Assembly: GCA_036499395.1 (NCBI GenBank)
Contig: DASYDW010000010.1
Span: 11,668-75,667 of the forward strand
Source of the DNA: Pirellulales bacterium
GTDB lineage: Bacteria; Planctomycetota; Planctomycetia; Pirellulales; JACPPG01
Direction: 5' to 3'
DNA: 64,000 nt
In this document: positions 26,817 to 36,075 of the stretch, in pieces
Position numbering within the stretch: the first letter of the stretch is position 1
How the letters are laid out: the number at the start of each line of letters is the position of its first letter
Program-made: the position numbers and the translations under genes
Notes under the pieces: generated by a model
Databases searched by the model: none
The model's input: the letters and a program-made list of their open reading frames with translations, nothing else
Told to the model about the DNA's origin: nothing

Positions 26817-27770
26817 GTGGAACTCGCCGTTTACAATCTTGAGTTTCCGCTTAACTGCAAGACGTTGTCCATTTGTGGCGACGAGTTCTCGCGGGTAGTG
26901 GATTACCCGAGTCGATTTCGCGCATTACAGCACCTCGTCAGCGTGCATGATCCAGAGGGCTCCCGGGAAGTCTGCACCGGCGGCCACGCCCACACGGCGA
27001 ATGCCACGACGCCAAACCCTATCCCTCCCGCAGCGATTTCATGGGGCTTCGCACATGCGACGGCGCTGGATGATATCCTATTGCTGCTTAGCCTATTTAC
27101 GCAGCGAGATGTATTCGTTGTCGACCTGTCGCGGTTCGGCGATAAACCATTTGCAATACTCGCAGATCCTCGCTGTTTTCCGTGGGGTGGCGTGCTCAGT
27201 TGCTCTGTTCCGTTTAAGGGATTTAACCCGACAGATAATCCAACTGACGAGGTCGACATCGGCTTGTTAGAGCAACTTCCCAAAATCTACGAGCGACTGA
27301 ATGACGAGAAGTGGCGGAAAGGCTATAGAAACGGTTATTTCCTCGTTTTGCTGAAAATCGCCATGCAGCAGCGATCGCTTGAAATTGCGTTCTCACAATG
27401 TTGGACCATTTGGGAGCATTTATTCGCGTGTCTAAATGATGCGTGGATGTCAAACGCGTCTATCGAACGTCTAAGTGCGAAGGAGAAGATCGCTTTTCTG
27501 TTAGTGCATTTCGGAGTTCGAGTCGAACTTCAGAAGCATGAAAAATCGCGCCTCGATGATCTCGTCGCAATTCGAAATCGACTCGTTCACTACGGTCGTT
27601 TCCCAGATAGAGATTTTGTCCGACAAGATGCAGAGATGTTTGTACGAATTACGGAATACGTTGCGGCTAAGATTCTGGGGCTCTATCCGTCGAATGTCTT
27701 CAACACGGTGGAACGACTCGAAGAATTCCTTAGCGCTCAAAAGCGCGTGATGAAAACCGGGCATCCTTAA
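26817..27770 (+). CDS. HEPN-motif protein (putative RNase/abortive-infection-like), low-GC island
   Basis: This is the 3' part of track ORF 26031..27770, whose 5' part overlaps the DHS gene out of frame. A helical C-terminus carries 'LVAIRNRLVHYG' (R-x4-H at 27573..27590). G+C is about 42-43% in lines 27301 and 27601. The start is uncertain: GTG at 26817 is the first candidate after the DHS stop, and the first in-frame ATG is only at 27363. Confidence 0.55.
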   Translation: MELAVYNLEFPLNCKTLSICGDEFSRVVDYPSRFRALQHLVSVHDPEGSREVCTGGHAHTANATTPNPIPPAAISWGFAHATALDDILLLLSLFTQRDVFVVDLSRFGDKPFAILADPRCFPWGGVLSCSVPFKGFNPTDNPTDEVDIGLLEQLPKIYERLNDEKWRKGYRNGYFLVLLKIAMQQRSLEIAFSQCWTIWEHLFACLNDAWMSNASIERLSAKEKIAFLLVHFGVRVELQKHEKSRLDDLVAIRNRLVHYGRFPDRDFVRQDAEMFVRITEYVAAKILGLYPSNVFNTVERLEEFLSAQKRVMKTGHP

Positions 27771-27813
27771 ACGTCGACCGAAACCGATCCATGGTTAGCG
27801 GGAGAGTATCAAA

Positions 27814-29328
27814 ATGTCGCGAAAACTGTTCATCGGATTTGCTTTTTGCCTAGTCGCGCTGACCGACGCCGCGCGCGGCGCGGATTGGCCGCAGTTTCGC
27901 GGGCCGGGCGGTGCGGGATTGACCGACGAGTCGAAATTGCCAGCCCAGTGGAGCGTCGATAAGAATATCCGTTGGAAGGTCGAGATCCCGGGCGTCGGCT
28001 GGTCCTCGCCGGTGATTTGGGGAAACAAAGTCTTCATCACCACGGCCATCACGGAGAATCAGAAAAAGCCTGCTCAGTTCACGTTCGGTGGTGGTCGACC
28101 GGGAGGCGAGCGTCCTGACGGTGATCGTCCGGATGGTGAACGACCAAGACGCGAACGTCCCGCGGCCGACGATGCGAATCCGCAAGACGCGCCCGCAGAT
28201 CGGCCGAGCCCGCCCGCGGATGGCGACGGTCCCAAGGGAGAAGGCCGCCGGCGCCGCGGTGGCGGCGGCGGAGGAGGTGGTGGATTCGGCGGCGAGAAGC
28301 CTGATGCCCTCTACCGTTTCGAGGTCTATTGCCTGGATCGCAACACGGGCGACGTTCTCTGGAAGCAACTCGCCGCCGAGCAGAAGCCGGCGATTCCCAC
28401 GCACAGCACCAACACGTATGCCTCGGAGACGCCCGTCACCGATGGAGAACATCTCTATACCTATTTCGGCATGACGGGCTTGTTCTGCTTTGATCTCAAT
28501 GGGAAGCATATCTGGAGCAAGGATCTAGGCGTTTATCCGATGTTCTTGGGCTGGGGCACAGGAAGCTCGCCCGTCTTGGCAGGCGAAAACCTGATCGTGC
28601 AATGCGACAACGACAAGGAATCTTTTCTTGTGGCGCTGGATAAGAAAACCGGCGATGAGAAATGGCGAGTCTCGCGCGAGGACAAGTCAGGCTGGTCGAC
28701 TCCCTGCTTGTGGCGCAACAAGGTACGCACCGAACTAGTCGTCGCTTCTCCGAAACGTGCCGTTTCGTACGATCCCAAAGATGGCGCCGTGCTGTGGGAA
28801 GTCGAAGGCTTCGTGGGCCGATGCGCAGCGACGCCGGTGGGAGATGACGAGCGAGTCTATCTCGGTACCGGCGGTGGCATGGCAGGCAGCGGTCCCTTGG
28901 TAGCCGTGCGGGCCGGCGCGGCTGGCAAGTTCGCGCTTGCCGCCGGAAAGGAACAGCCTGAGCAGATTGCCTGGAAGCTGCCAAAAGGGGGCCCACCGAT
29001 GGCTTCGCCGCTGGTCTACCAGGGATATCTGTACATCCTGGAGGAACGAGGCGGATTGCTGAGCTGCTATGACGCCACCGACGGCAAGCGCGCGTACCAG
29101 CAACGTGTTCAGGGCGCGAAGGGCTTTACCTCCTCGCCGTGGGCGAACGATGGCAAGGTCTTCTGCCTGGACGCGGGCGGCGAGACGTTCGTGATTAAGG
29201 CTGGGCCCGAGTTCGAACTGCTCGATGAAAACAAGCTCGACGAAATGTGCTGGGCCACGCCAGCCGCGGCCGACGGTACAATTTTCCTGCGCACCACGGA
29301 TCACCTGTGGTGCATCAAATCACCGTGA
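27814..29328 (+). CDS. PQQ-like beta-propeller repeat protein with a ~80-aa Gly/Arg/Asp/Pro-rich insert
   Basis: Signal peptide, then 'ADWPQFRGPGGAG'. It is a paralog of 17785..19134. The insert at 28063..28305 includes 'GERPDGDRPDGERPRRERP...RRRRGGGGGGGGGFGG'. Confidence 0.85.
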   Translation: MSRKLFIGFAFCLVALTDAARGADWPQFRGPGGAGLTDESKLPAQWSVDKNIRWKVEIPGVGWSSPVIWGNKVFITTAITENQKKPAQFTFGGGRPGGERPDGDRPDGERPRRERPAADDANPQDAPADRPSPPADGDGPKGEGRRRRGGGGGGGGGFGGEKPDALYRFEVYCLDRNTGDVLWKQLAAEQKPAIPTHSTNTYASETPVTDGEHLYTYFGMTGLFCFDLNGKHIWSKDLGVYPMFLGWGTGSSPVLAGENLIVQCDNDKESFLVALDKKTGDEKWRVSREDKSGWSTPCLWRNKVRTELVVASPKRAVSYDPKDGAVLWEVEGFVGRCAATPVGDDERVYLGTGGGMAGSGPLVAVRAGAAGKFALAAGKEQPEQIAWKLPKGGPPMASPLVYQGYLYILEERGGLLSCYDATDGKRAYQQRVQGAKGFTSSPWANDGKVFCLDAGGETFVIKAGPEFELLDENKLDEMCWATPAAADGTIFLRTTDHLWCIKSP

Positions 29329-29373
29329 GCGCCTGGTGCTGATGGCTGACAGGACATTCGCAGGCAGGTACTC

Positions 29374-30102
29374 ATGAGCAGTGCAAAAAAGACAGCCATC
29401 GTGACCGGCGCTTCGCAAGGCATCGGCGCCGGAATCGTGAAAGCGTTCGTCGAACGGGGCTTCAACGTCGTTGCCAGTTCCCGTCGAATCACGCAATCCG
29501 CGGAGGTCACAGCCTCGGACCATGTCGCGCTAGTGGACGGAGACATTGGCGAGGCAACGACCGCCGCGAAGATCGTCGAGACGGCGCTATCGCGTTTCAA
29601 GTCGATCGATGCGTTGGTCAATAACGCCGGGATTTTCTTCACGAAGCCGTTCACCGAATATACGGCCGAGGATTTTCAGTCGCTGGTCGGGACAAATCTC
29701 GAAGGCTTTTTGCACGTCACGCAGCTTGCGGTCAAGCAAATGCTCGCGCAGAAGACCGGCGGGAGCATCGTCACGATCACGGCGGCCCTGGCGCGCAATC
29801 CAATCCGAGGCGTCACGGCGGCCGTGCCGATGATCACCAAGGGTGGCCTGGAAACCGTGACCCAACACTTGGCGATGGAGTACGCCAAGGACAATATCCG
29901 TGTGAACGCCGTCGCGCCCGGCGTCGTCTACACGCCGCTGCACCGCGACACCCCCCAGGAGATGATGGTGCGGCTCTCGCCGATGGGTCGCCCTTCGACG
30001 GTCAAGGAAATTGCGGATGCGGTCATGTTTCTGACCGACGCCGAGACCGTCACGGGTCACATCTTGTACGTCGATGGCGGTGCGCATAGCGGCTGCTGGT
30101 AG
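29374..30102 (+). CDS. SDR-family oxidoreductase
   Basis: 'KTAIVTGASQGIGAG', 'NNAG' and a YxxxK region. 242 aa. Confidence 0.9.
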   Translation: MSSAKKTAIVTGASQGIGAGIVKAFVERGFNVVASSRRITQSAEVTASDHVALVDGDIGEATTAAKIVETALSRFKSIDALVNNAGIFFTKPFTEYTAEDFQSLVGTNLEGFLHVTQLAVKQMLAQKTGGSIVTITAALARNPIRGVTAAVPMITKGGLETVTQHLAMEYAKDNIRVNAVAPGVVYTPLHRDTPQEMMVRLSPMGRPSTVKEIADAVMFLTDAETVTGHILYVDGGAHSGCW

Positions 30103-30116
30103 CGGCGTGCGATCGG

Positions 30117-31448
30117 CTAACTCCACACGCGTCGCAATCGCGACACGAAGAACTCGCCCACCAGCACCGCCACCACGGACAGCCCCATCGCGGGCAGAAA
30201 CAGGCAGCAGGCTGTGACCGTGGCGACCAGCCAGCGCGGACGGCGGCTGTCGATCCGGCGCGGCAGGCCGAGCGTCCCCCGCGGGCGGCGCTCCCACCAC
30301 ATCCAGGCGCCGGTCACTGGGGAAGTTATCAAGATTACGCACGTCAGCAGCCACAGAATCTTCGACGGCATTCCCAAAACCGAGCCGACGTGCAGTGCGA
30401 AGTTCCACGTCCCGAACCAGTACAAAGGTTTGGCCTCGCTAATCGAGCGATCGGCCAGGACCTCGCCCGTGGCGCGGTCGATGAATAACATCCGATGCAC
30501 CTGCGGTCCGTAATTGCCGCTGCCGAACACCATGTACACCGCGTTCGGAGCGCGCGGAAACCAGATATTCAACGACTTGCCGGGCATCTTCTCGTGCCCG
30601 ATCTCGATGAACCGGTCGATGGGCAGGTCCTTGGCCTCGGGGGGCGACTTGCACAGCATGGGCTTGCTGAACATGTCGGACGATTCGGTCTTCTGCGACG
30701 CGTACTGAAATCCGTATCCCCACACGTACGTGTAAATCAGCCCGGTAAGGGCAATCACGATTGCGACAATCGCCACGTAGATGCCAGTGACGGTGTGCAG
30801 GTCGCGCAGCACAACGTAGGGCTTCTTGCGCAGTCGCGGCAGCCAGACGCCCCACGGCTGATTCCACTTGTGGGGCCACCACAGGTAAATGCCCGTGACC
30901 GCCAGGACGATTGTCCAGCAAGTGGTCAGCTCGACCATGATCCGGCCCGTAGTACCGAGAAATAACGTCCGGTGCAGCTTCAGAACGATTTCGAAAAAGT
31001 TTCCTTGCTCGATCGACCCCAGGTACTGACCTCGATACGGATCGACGTAACCGAATTGAAACTTCTTGTCGAACATCGCGAAGGCCGTCGCGCGCCGCGG
31101 GTCGGCGAATACCTGCATAAGGCCGATGCGTACTGTCTCGGACGCGGTTGCCTTGGCCGCCGCCATTTGCTGCTCGTACGAAACACGTTCCGTGGCCGGC
31201 TCGACATACGTGACGCCGGGGTACAAGACCCCTTCTAGTTCATCCTTGAAGATGTACGGCGCACCGGTCGCGGCAACGACGATCAACACCGGCGCGACGA
31301 TCATGCCCGCGTAGAAATGCCATCGCCAGACGACACGATACAGTTGATCGCCAATGGCGGGTCGAGGGCGATCCGTCGGTGGCGGCCTGGTCGATCCAAC
31401 TCCATCACGCGGGGTCGCTGACGCAGGCTCTAGTGAAGCGGTGCTCAT
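30117..31448 (-). CDS. PepSY-associated TM helix domain protein
   Basis: ATG at 31448. 'LYRVVWRWHFYAGMIVAPVLIV', 'LHRTLFLG' and 'FALHVGSVLG' are typical PepSY_TM segments. There are four TM regions. Confidence 0.8.
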   Translation of the reverse strand: MSTASLEPASATPRDGVGSTRPPPTDRPRPAIGDQLYRVVWRWHFYAGMIVAPVLIVVAATGAPYIFKDELEGVLYPGVTYVEPATERVSYEQQMAAAKATASETVRIGLMQVFADPRRATAFAMFDKKFQFGYVDPYRGQYLGSIEQGNFFEIVLKLHRTLFLGTTGRIMVELTTCWTIVLAVTGIYLWWPHKWNQPWGVWLPRLRKKPYVVLRDLHTVTGIYVAIVAIVIALTGLIYTYVWGYGFQYASQKTESSDMFSKPMLCKSPPEAKDLPIDRFIEIGHEKMPGKSLNIWFPRAPNAVYMVFGSGNYGPQVHRMLFIDRATGEVLADRSISEAKPLYWFGTWNFALHVGSVLGMPSKILWLLTCVILITSPVTGAWMWWERRPRGTLGLPRRIDSRRPRWLVATVTACCLFLPAMGLSVVAVLVGEFFVSRLRRVWS

Positions 31449-31850
31449 CGGTAACTCGTGGTCTTTCGAAAACAACGAGGCAAGGATCTTTTCCTTGGTC
31501 CGTCTAAGCGCGTGATCGAGGCGGGTGTGCCAAGGCTGGCTACGGTGGGCCGTTGGGCAGGTAACTGTCACTTCATGATGACCGTCCAGCGTCCGGCGAT
31601 CAATAAGAGCGGCCCCCGCTACGAACCGGCGGGGTTTAAGTTCTCCCAAATCTCACGGTCCGGCCCGCGAATAACCAGATAGCCATGCGATGCGGTGCCG
31701 ATCAGGCTCTGGACCGGGAGATTCGTCTCGGGCAAACAGGACTGATCGGCCAATTCCGGCGTCGTCCGGACGCAAGCGCGTTTAGCCGGCATGGTATATG
31801 CATTTCCCTTCGACAGAACCCAATTTCCCGCAAACATCGAGAAACAATAT

Positions 31851-32393
31851 ATGCAATCTGCAAGCGATCGCGTCATCCGTGTGCCTGTCACGTTGCTGCG
31901 AGGACGCGGCAAGAGCGTCGAATCTTCCGACCGCCAATTGGCCGATCTGCAGAAGATCGCCGACTGGATGGATACGGCGTTCGAGATTCCCGGACTCGGC
32001 ATACGTTTCGGGTTGGATGCGCTCTTGGGACTGGTGCCGGGCTTGGGTGACGCGATAACGTCGCTGGTTTCGCTGTACATCATTGGGATGGCCAGTCGCC
32101 ACGGTTTGCCGCGCGTAACATTGATGCGCATGGGAATGAACGTGGCCCTCGATTCGCTGCTGGGCGCGATCCCCTTTGTCGGCGACCTGTTCGACGTCTA
32201 TTGGAAATCGAACCAGTGGAACGTGGCGATTCTACGCCGGCACTTGGAGGCCCTCCCTCATGAACGCAGAAAGGCGCGCGGCTCGGATTGGCTATTCCTC
32301 GCGGGCCTGGCGCTACTGCTCGTGCTGGCCGTGACCGGGGCGGTTGCGATTTTGGTATTTGCCGTCCAGGGAATCGGCCGGCTGTTTCAGTAG
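31851..32393 (+). CDS. DUF4112 domain membrane protein
   Basis: 'IPGLGIRFGLDALLGLVPGLGDAITSLVSLYII' and 'LLGAIPFVGDLFDVYWKSN' are the DUF4112 core. I prefer the ATG at 31851 over 31791, because the stretch from 31791 to the ATG is AT-rich and looks non-coding. Confidence 0.75.
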   Translation: MQSASDRVIRVPVTLLRGRGKSVESSDRQLADLQKIADWMDTAFEIPGLGIRFGLDALLGLVPGLGDAITSLVSLYIIGMASRHGLPRVTLMRMGMNVALDSLLGAIPFVGDLFDVYWKSNQWNVAILRRHLEALPHERRKARGSDWLFLAGLALLLVLAVTGAVAILVFAVQGIGRLFQ

Positions 32394-32653
32394 CCCGCAG
32401 AGTTGATGTAATCGAACGGTAGAACGGACGGCCAAAAAGGCCGCCCCCAGGCGGTCGTCCCGAGCCCACCCTCTGGCGGATTGCCGGCCAGTCCTGCGCT
32501 CGTCGCATTTCGAGCGTTCGGAGGGGTGCAAGGGCTGTTTTCCGAGCGTTCGGCTGCGAATCGGGTCTCGGTACGCAGTTTGCAACTACCCGTTTTGTTT
32601 ATCCAGACGAGAGCGAGTTGCCCCGGGGAATCTGCATTTTTTGGGAGACAATC

Positions 32654-32779
32654 ATGGACGCCTTGTTATCGACGCTACCCATCGCGGCCGCTGACTACTC
32701 GTTGGTCTACCTGCTGGGAGGGGGAGGGATTGGCGGAGCCATCGTCGTGTACCTCGTGGCCAAAATGATGGGCCGGTAA
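32654..32779 (+). CDS. Possible 41-aa single-TM micro-protein
   Basis: MDALLSTLPIAAADYSLVYLLGGGGIGGAIVVYLVAKMMGR. It is below the ORF-track cutoff and lies 55 nt upstream of the MscS-like gene. No homology evidence is available. Confidence 0.3.
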   Translation: MDALLSTLPIAAADYSLVYLLGGGGIGGAIVVYLVAKMMGR

Positions 32780-32833
32780 CGAAAATCCGTCGGTCCTGCC
32801 GACGATGCGCGACGCCGTCTGGACGATGACTTT

Positions 32834-35269
32834 ATGCAAAACCCACCGTTTCGACGTTTGCTCCAACAAGCGTATGGTCAAGCTCGCTTGGTCGGGCGTA
32901 CCTCGGTTATGCGACTTAGCCTCTACAGTTTCGCGTTCGTCGGAGTGCTAGCCGCGACATCGAGAGGCGACTCCACGGCAGATCCTAAAAGTGGCGCCAT
33001 CGCGCTCGAGCAACAGCGCGCTGCGGTAGCCACCGAGATCAGTAAGCTCGACGGAAATCAATCCGGGAGCGGCGGGAACGCCGAGACATCCGGGGCCAGC
33101 GACGAGCGACTCAACCAGTTGCGGGCCATTGATGCCCTGTACGCCCAGCACAAAGTCCGTCTGCAGGAAAAAGAGCAACTCGAGACGGAAAAGAAGCGAA
33201 TCGACCACGAGATCGATTCGCTCGACAAGTTCGAGCCTGATGAACCAAAGCCGTATTCGTTTCTGCTGTGGGATGGGCTGAAAGATCAATTGGCCGTCGA
33301 ACAAGAGCGGGAAAAAGGGTTAACAGCCGACGGCAAGACTGCGAAAAAACAGCTCGCCTCCGCCCATCAAGCGCTCGACCAGGCGAAAGCCGAAGTGCAT
33401 CCCTCAGGGGACGGCGACGCGGCTTCCGCGCCTAAGAAGGCGGAGAGTGATCTTTCCGATCTGAAGGTTGAGCAGGAGCGGGCTCAGGTAGCGCTGCGCG
33501 AAGCAGATATCGAGGTTTACACGCTACGCACGGCGATTTGCCAGGCAAAGCAGAAGGAATTATCTAAGAAGATCGAAGTCGTTGGGAAAGAGGTGGCATT
33601 CTCGGCGGCCGACCGGGACAAGCAGTTGGATGCGATCGCTCTTGAGGAATCCCGGCTTAAGGCGCAGCGCGGCACCGCCCAGCGTCAGCTACAGCAGTTA
33701 GAAGAAAAGCAGCGCGCGACCGAGACGCAGTTGAGCGCTGACAAGGCACAACCGGCCGAGAAAGAGGCCGCGGCCGAAGCGTGGCGTGGCGCGGCCGATA
33801 CTTGCCAGGCCGAGGTCGTGATCCTGGACGAACGGATCGAATGGCTCGCGCGGCTGCGCAAATACTGGCGGCGCCGTTTCGAAGTGGCAACGACAAAGCC
33901 TGAGCCAGCGAAACTGCAGCAATGGCACGAAGAGCTATCCGAATTCCGTGACGAGTTGCATGACAATTTGCGCTCATTCGACAATCGGCAGCATTCGGCG
34001 GCCACCGACAACGACAAAGCGAAGCCGGCCCTCGCCTCGACACCAACGAAGCTCGCGCCGCCGCCGTTCGAGGATAACGCCGTCATCAAGGAGTGGCGCG
34101 CTTTGAACGAGGCGCAACGGCACGAGCTGGCCGAACTCTGCGCTGCCAGCGTCGTCGAAGGGCAGGCCGCACTGCGCTTGGTCGATCGCTTCGAAAGCGA
34201 AATGAAAGAGAAAGCGCCGACCGAAAAGCAAGGTTGGCTCGCGGCCACGGGCCTGAGTCGGTTATTAGGTGAAAAGGTCGTCGGCGAAGAGAAGGACGGC
34301 GTCACCCTGGGAACGCTCGTTATTCTGTTGATCTACGTGGTAGGCGGAGTCATCAGCGCCTGGGCTGTAAGTCGTCTGTTTCGCTTCTTTGTCCTACGGC
34401 ATTTTCGCTTTCATCGCGGTAAGACCGACGCCATTCATTCGATTCTGTTCTATACGCTTTGCGCCGCTTTTGGCGTGATGGCATTTCGCGTCTTAAATAT
34501 TCCAATAGCGGCATTCGCCTTTCTGGGAGGCGCCATTGCGATTGCCGCCGGCTTCGGCAGCCAGGACATCATGAATAACTTCATGAGCGGTATCATCCTG
34601 CTGGCCGAGCAGCCGATTCGTGTCGGTGACGTCGTGACACTTGGCAGCACGTCCGGCGTAGTGCTGCATATCGGGCTGCGCAGCACGCGATTGCAAACCG
34701 AGGCGAATTACGAGGTGATCGTGCCGAACAAGTCGTTGTTGGACGAGCAGATCACTAACTTCACGCTCTCGGACAATATCGTGCAGTCTTCGTTCGCCAT
34801 CACAGTCGATCGCGAAACCAAGATCACTGAAGCCAAAGAGCAGATTCTGAAAACCGTGTTTGCCCATCCCGAGGTCGTGAAGTCGTTGCACCCGCTAGTG
34901 CTAGTGAAAGAGATCGACAACTACTGGCTGATCTTCGAGGTTCGCTTTTGGATACAGTACAACAGTTTCCAGCAATGCGCCCGGGTGCAAAGCGAGATCA
35001 TGGAAGTCCTGGGTGATATCTACCGACCGCTGACGGACGAAGAGAAAGAGGCGAAGGCCGCCGCGAAGAGAGCTACTGACGCGACGAGTGAGGTCTCGGA
35101 AGAGGAAAACAGCCCGGCCGAGGATACCGCGTCAGTGCCTGAGTGCAATCGCGATGAAGCCGATCAGGGCGCCTTGCAAGCGGCCCAAGCGAAGAACATG
35201 ATTCGCAAGCTAGGCCGGAAGGTCGCGAAGAGTTCGCCGCTCGGGAAAGTTATCGGGCAAGCGACCTAA
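32834..35269 (+). CDS. Mechanosensitive ion channel (MscS family, MscK-like with a long N-terminal coiled coil)
   Basis: The 'GSQDIMNNFMSGIILLAEQPIRVGDVV' MscS pore and beta-domain signature. About 450 aa of Q/E/A/K-rich coiled coil lie before the TM helices. The signal-like MRLSLYSFAFVGVLA at 32909 is an alternative start. Confidence 0.85.
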   Translation: MQNPPFRRLLQQAYGQARLVGRTSVMRLSLYSFAFVGVLAATSRGDSTADPKSGAIALEQQRAAVATEISKLDGNQSGSGGNAETSGASDERLNQLRAIDALYAQHKVRLQEKEQLETEKKRIDHEIDSLDKFEPDEPKPYSFLLWDGLKDQLAVEQEREKGLTADGKTAKKQLASAHQALDQAKAEVHPSGDGDAASAPKKAESDLSDLKVEQERAQVALREADIEVYTLRTAICQAKQKELSKKIEVVGKEVAFSAADRDKQLDAIALEESRLKAQRGTAQRQLQQLEEKQRATETQLSADKAQPAEKEAAAEAWRGAADTCQAEVVILDERIEWLARLRKYWRRRFEVATTKPEPAKLQQWHEELSEFRDELHDNLRSFDNRQHSAATDNDKAKPALASTPTKLAPPPFEDNAVIKEWRALNEAQRHELAELCAASVVEGQAALRLVDRFESEMKEKAPTEKQGWLAATGLSRLLGEKVVGEEKDGVTLGTLVILLIYVVGGVISAWAVSRLFRFFVLRHFRFHRGKTDAIHSILFYTLCAAFGVMAFRVLNIPIAAFAFLGGAIAIAAGFGSQDIMNNFMSGIILLAEQPIRVGDVVTLGSTSGVVLHIGLRSTRLQTEANYEVIVPNKSLLDEQITNFTLSDNIVQSSFAITVDRETKITEAKEQILKTVFAHPEVVKSLHPLVLVKEIDNYWLIFEVRFWIQYNSFQQCARVQSEIMEVLGDIYRPLTDEEKEAKAAAKRATDATSEVSEEENSPAEDTASVPECNRDEADQGALQAAQAKNMIRKLGRKVAKSSPLGKVIGQAT

Positions 35270-35296
35270 GGCGGGAACGGTTGCGATCTTGATAAG

Positions 35297-35986
35297 TTAT
35301 CGCACTCCTTTGAGCATCGCCAAATCATCGGCCACGATCTGATCGATCAATTCCGTCACCCCGGCACCGTGGTCGCCGACGGTTACCAGGTCCGCACGCT
35401 CCTTCAGGCTGGGCAAGGCATTGGCGACGGCGACCGACACCGCGCACATCTCGAGGAAGGCATGATCATTCTCAGCGTCGCCCACACCGATGCAGTTATG
35501 CGGCGAGATTTCAAGATCCGATAGCGCGGCACGCAAGCCCGTGGCTTTGTTCACTCCCGAGGGGAGGATCATCACCGCCCCCTTGTTAAAGATCACGTGC
35601 AGTTCCAGGCCCAGGTCCCGAATGACGTGCAGAACGGTCTCTTCGTGCGGATGCCAGGTGGCAACAATCGTGCGCCCGACCGACAAGGGCGCAACGTGGC
35701 GCTCGGCCAGGGTCGTCAAAAGGCGTGGCTCGGGCGGGGCGCACAGCAGGCGTTCCTCGCCTGTCTTGGGAAAGTACAGCAGCCCGCCGTTTTCCGCCAC
35801 GATCCGATCGAACGTTTCGAGCTTGGGAAAAACGTGCTGCAGGTCTTCGATTTCTCGCCCGGTGACCAGCATCAGCTTTCGGCCCGAAGCGCGCAATCGA
35901 TCAAACGCGGCCATCGTCGCTTCGTCGACGTGCCCGTCTTTGGCAATTGTGCCGTCGTAATCGCAAGCCAGTAAGAGATATCGCAC
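35297..35986 (-). CDS. HAD-IIB family phosphatase
   Basis: 'LLACDYDGTIA' (DxDGT motif I), 'VTGR' and 'GDAENDHAFL' (motif IV). I chose the GTG start at 35986 because the longer ORF (to 36145) overlaps the upstream ROK gene. Confidence 0.7.
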   Translation of the reverse strand: MRYLLLACDYDGTIAKDGHVDEATMAAFDRLRASGRKLMLVTGREIEDLQHVFPKLETFDRIVAENGGLLYFPKTGEERLLCAPPEPRLLTTLAERHVAPLSVGRTIVATWHPHEETVLHVIRDLGLELHVIFNKGAVMILPSGVNKATGLRAALSDLEISPHNCIGVGDAENDHAFLEMCAVSVAVANALPSLKERADLVTVGDHGAGVTELIDQIVADDLAMLKGVR

Positions 35987-36075
35987 GCAGGCCTCTTCGG
36001 AGAGATAACGGCGATCAAGATATTCGAGGCGATCAGCGCGCCGCCGTGAGAAAAGTTTCGATCGACATTCGTCGA

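Noticed and set aside
29587-30408. 273-aa minus-strand ORF
   Set aside because: It is antisense to the SDR gene and overlaps the 3' end of the PepSY gene in another frame.
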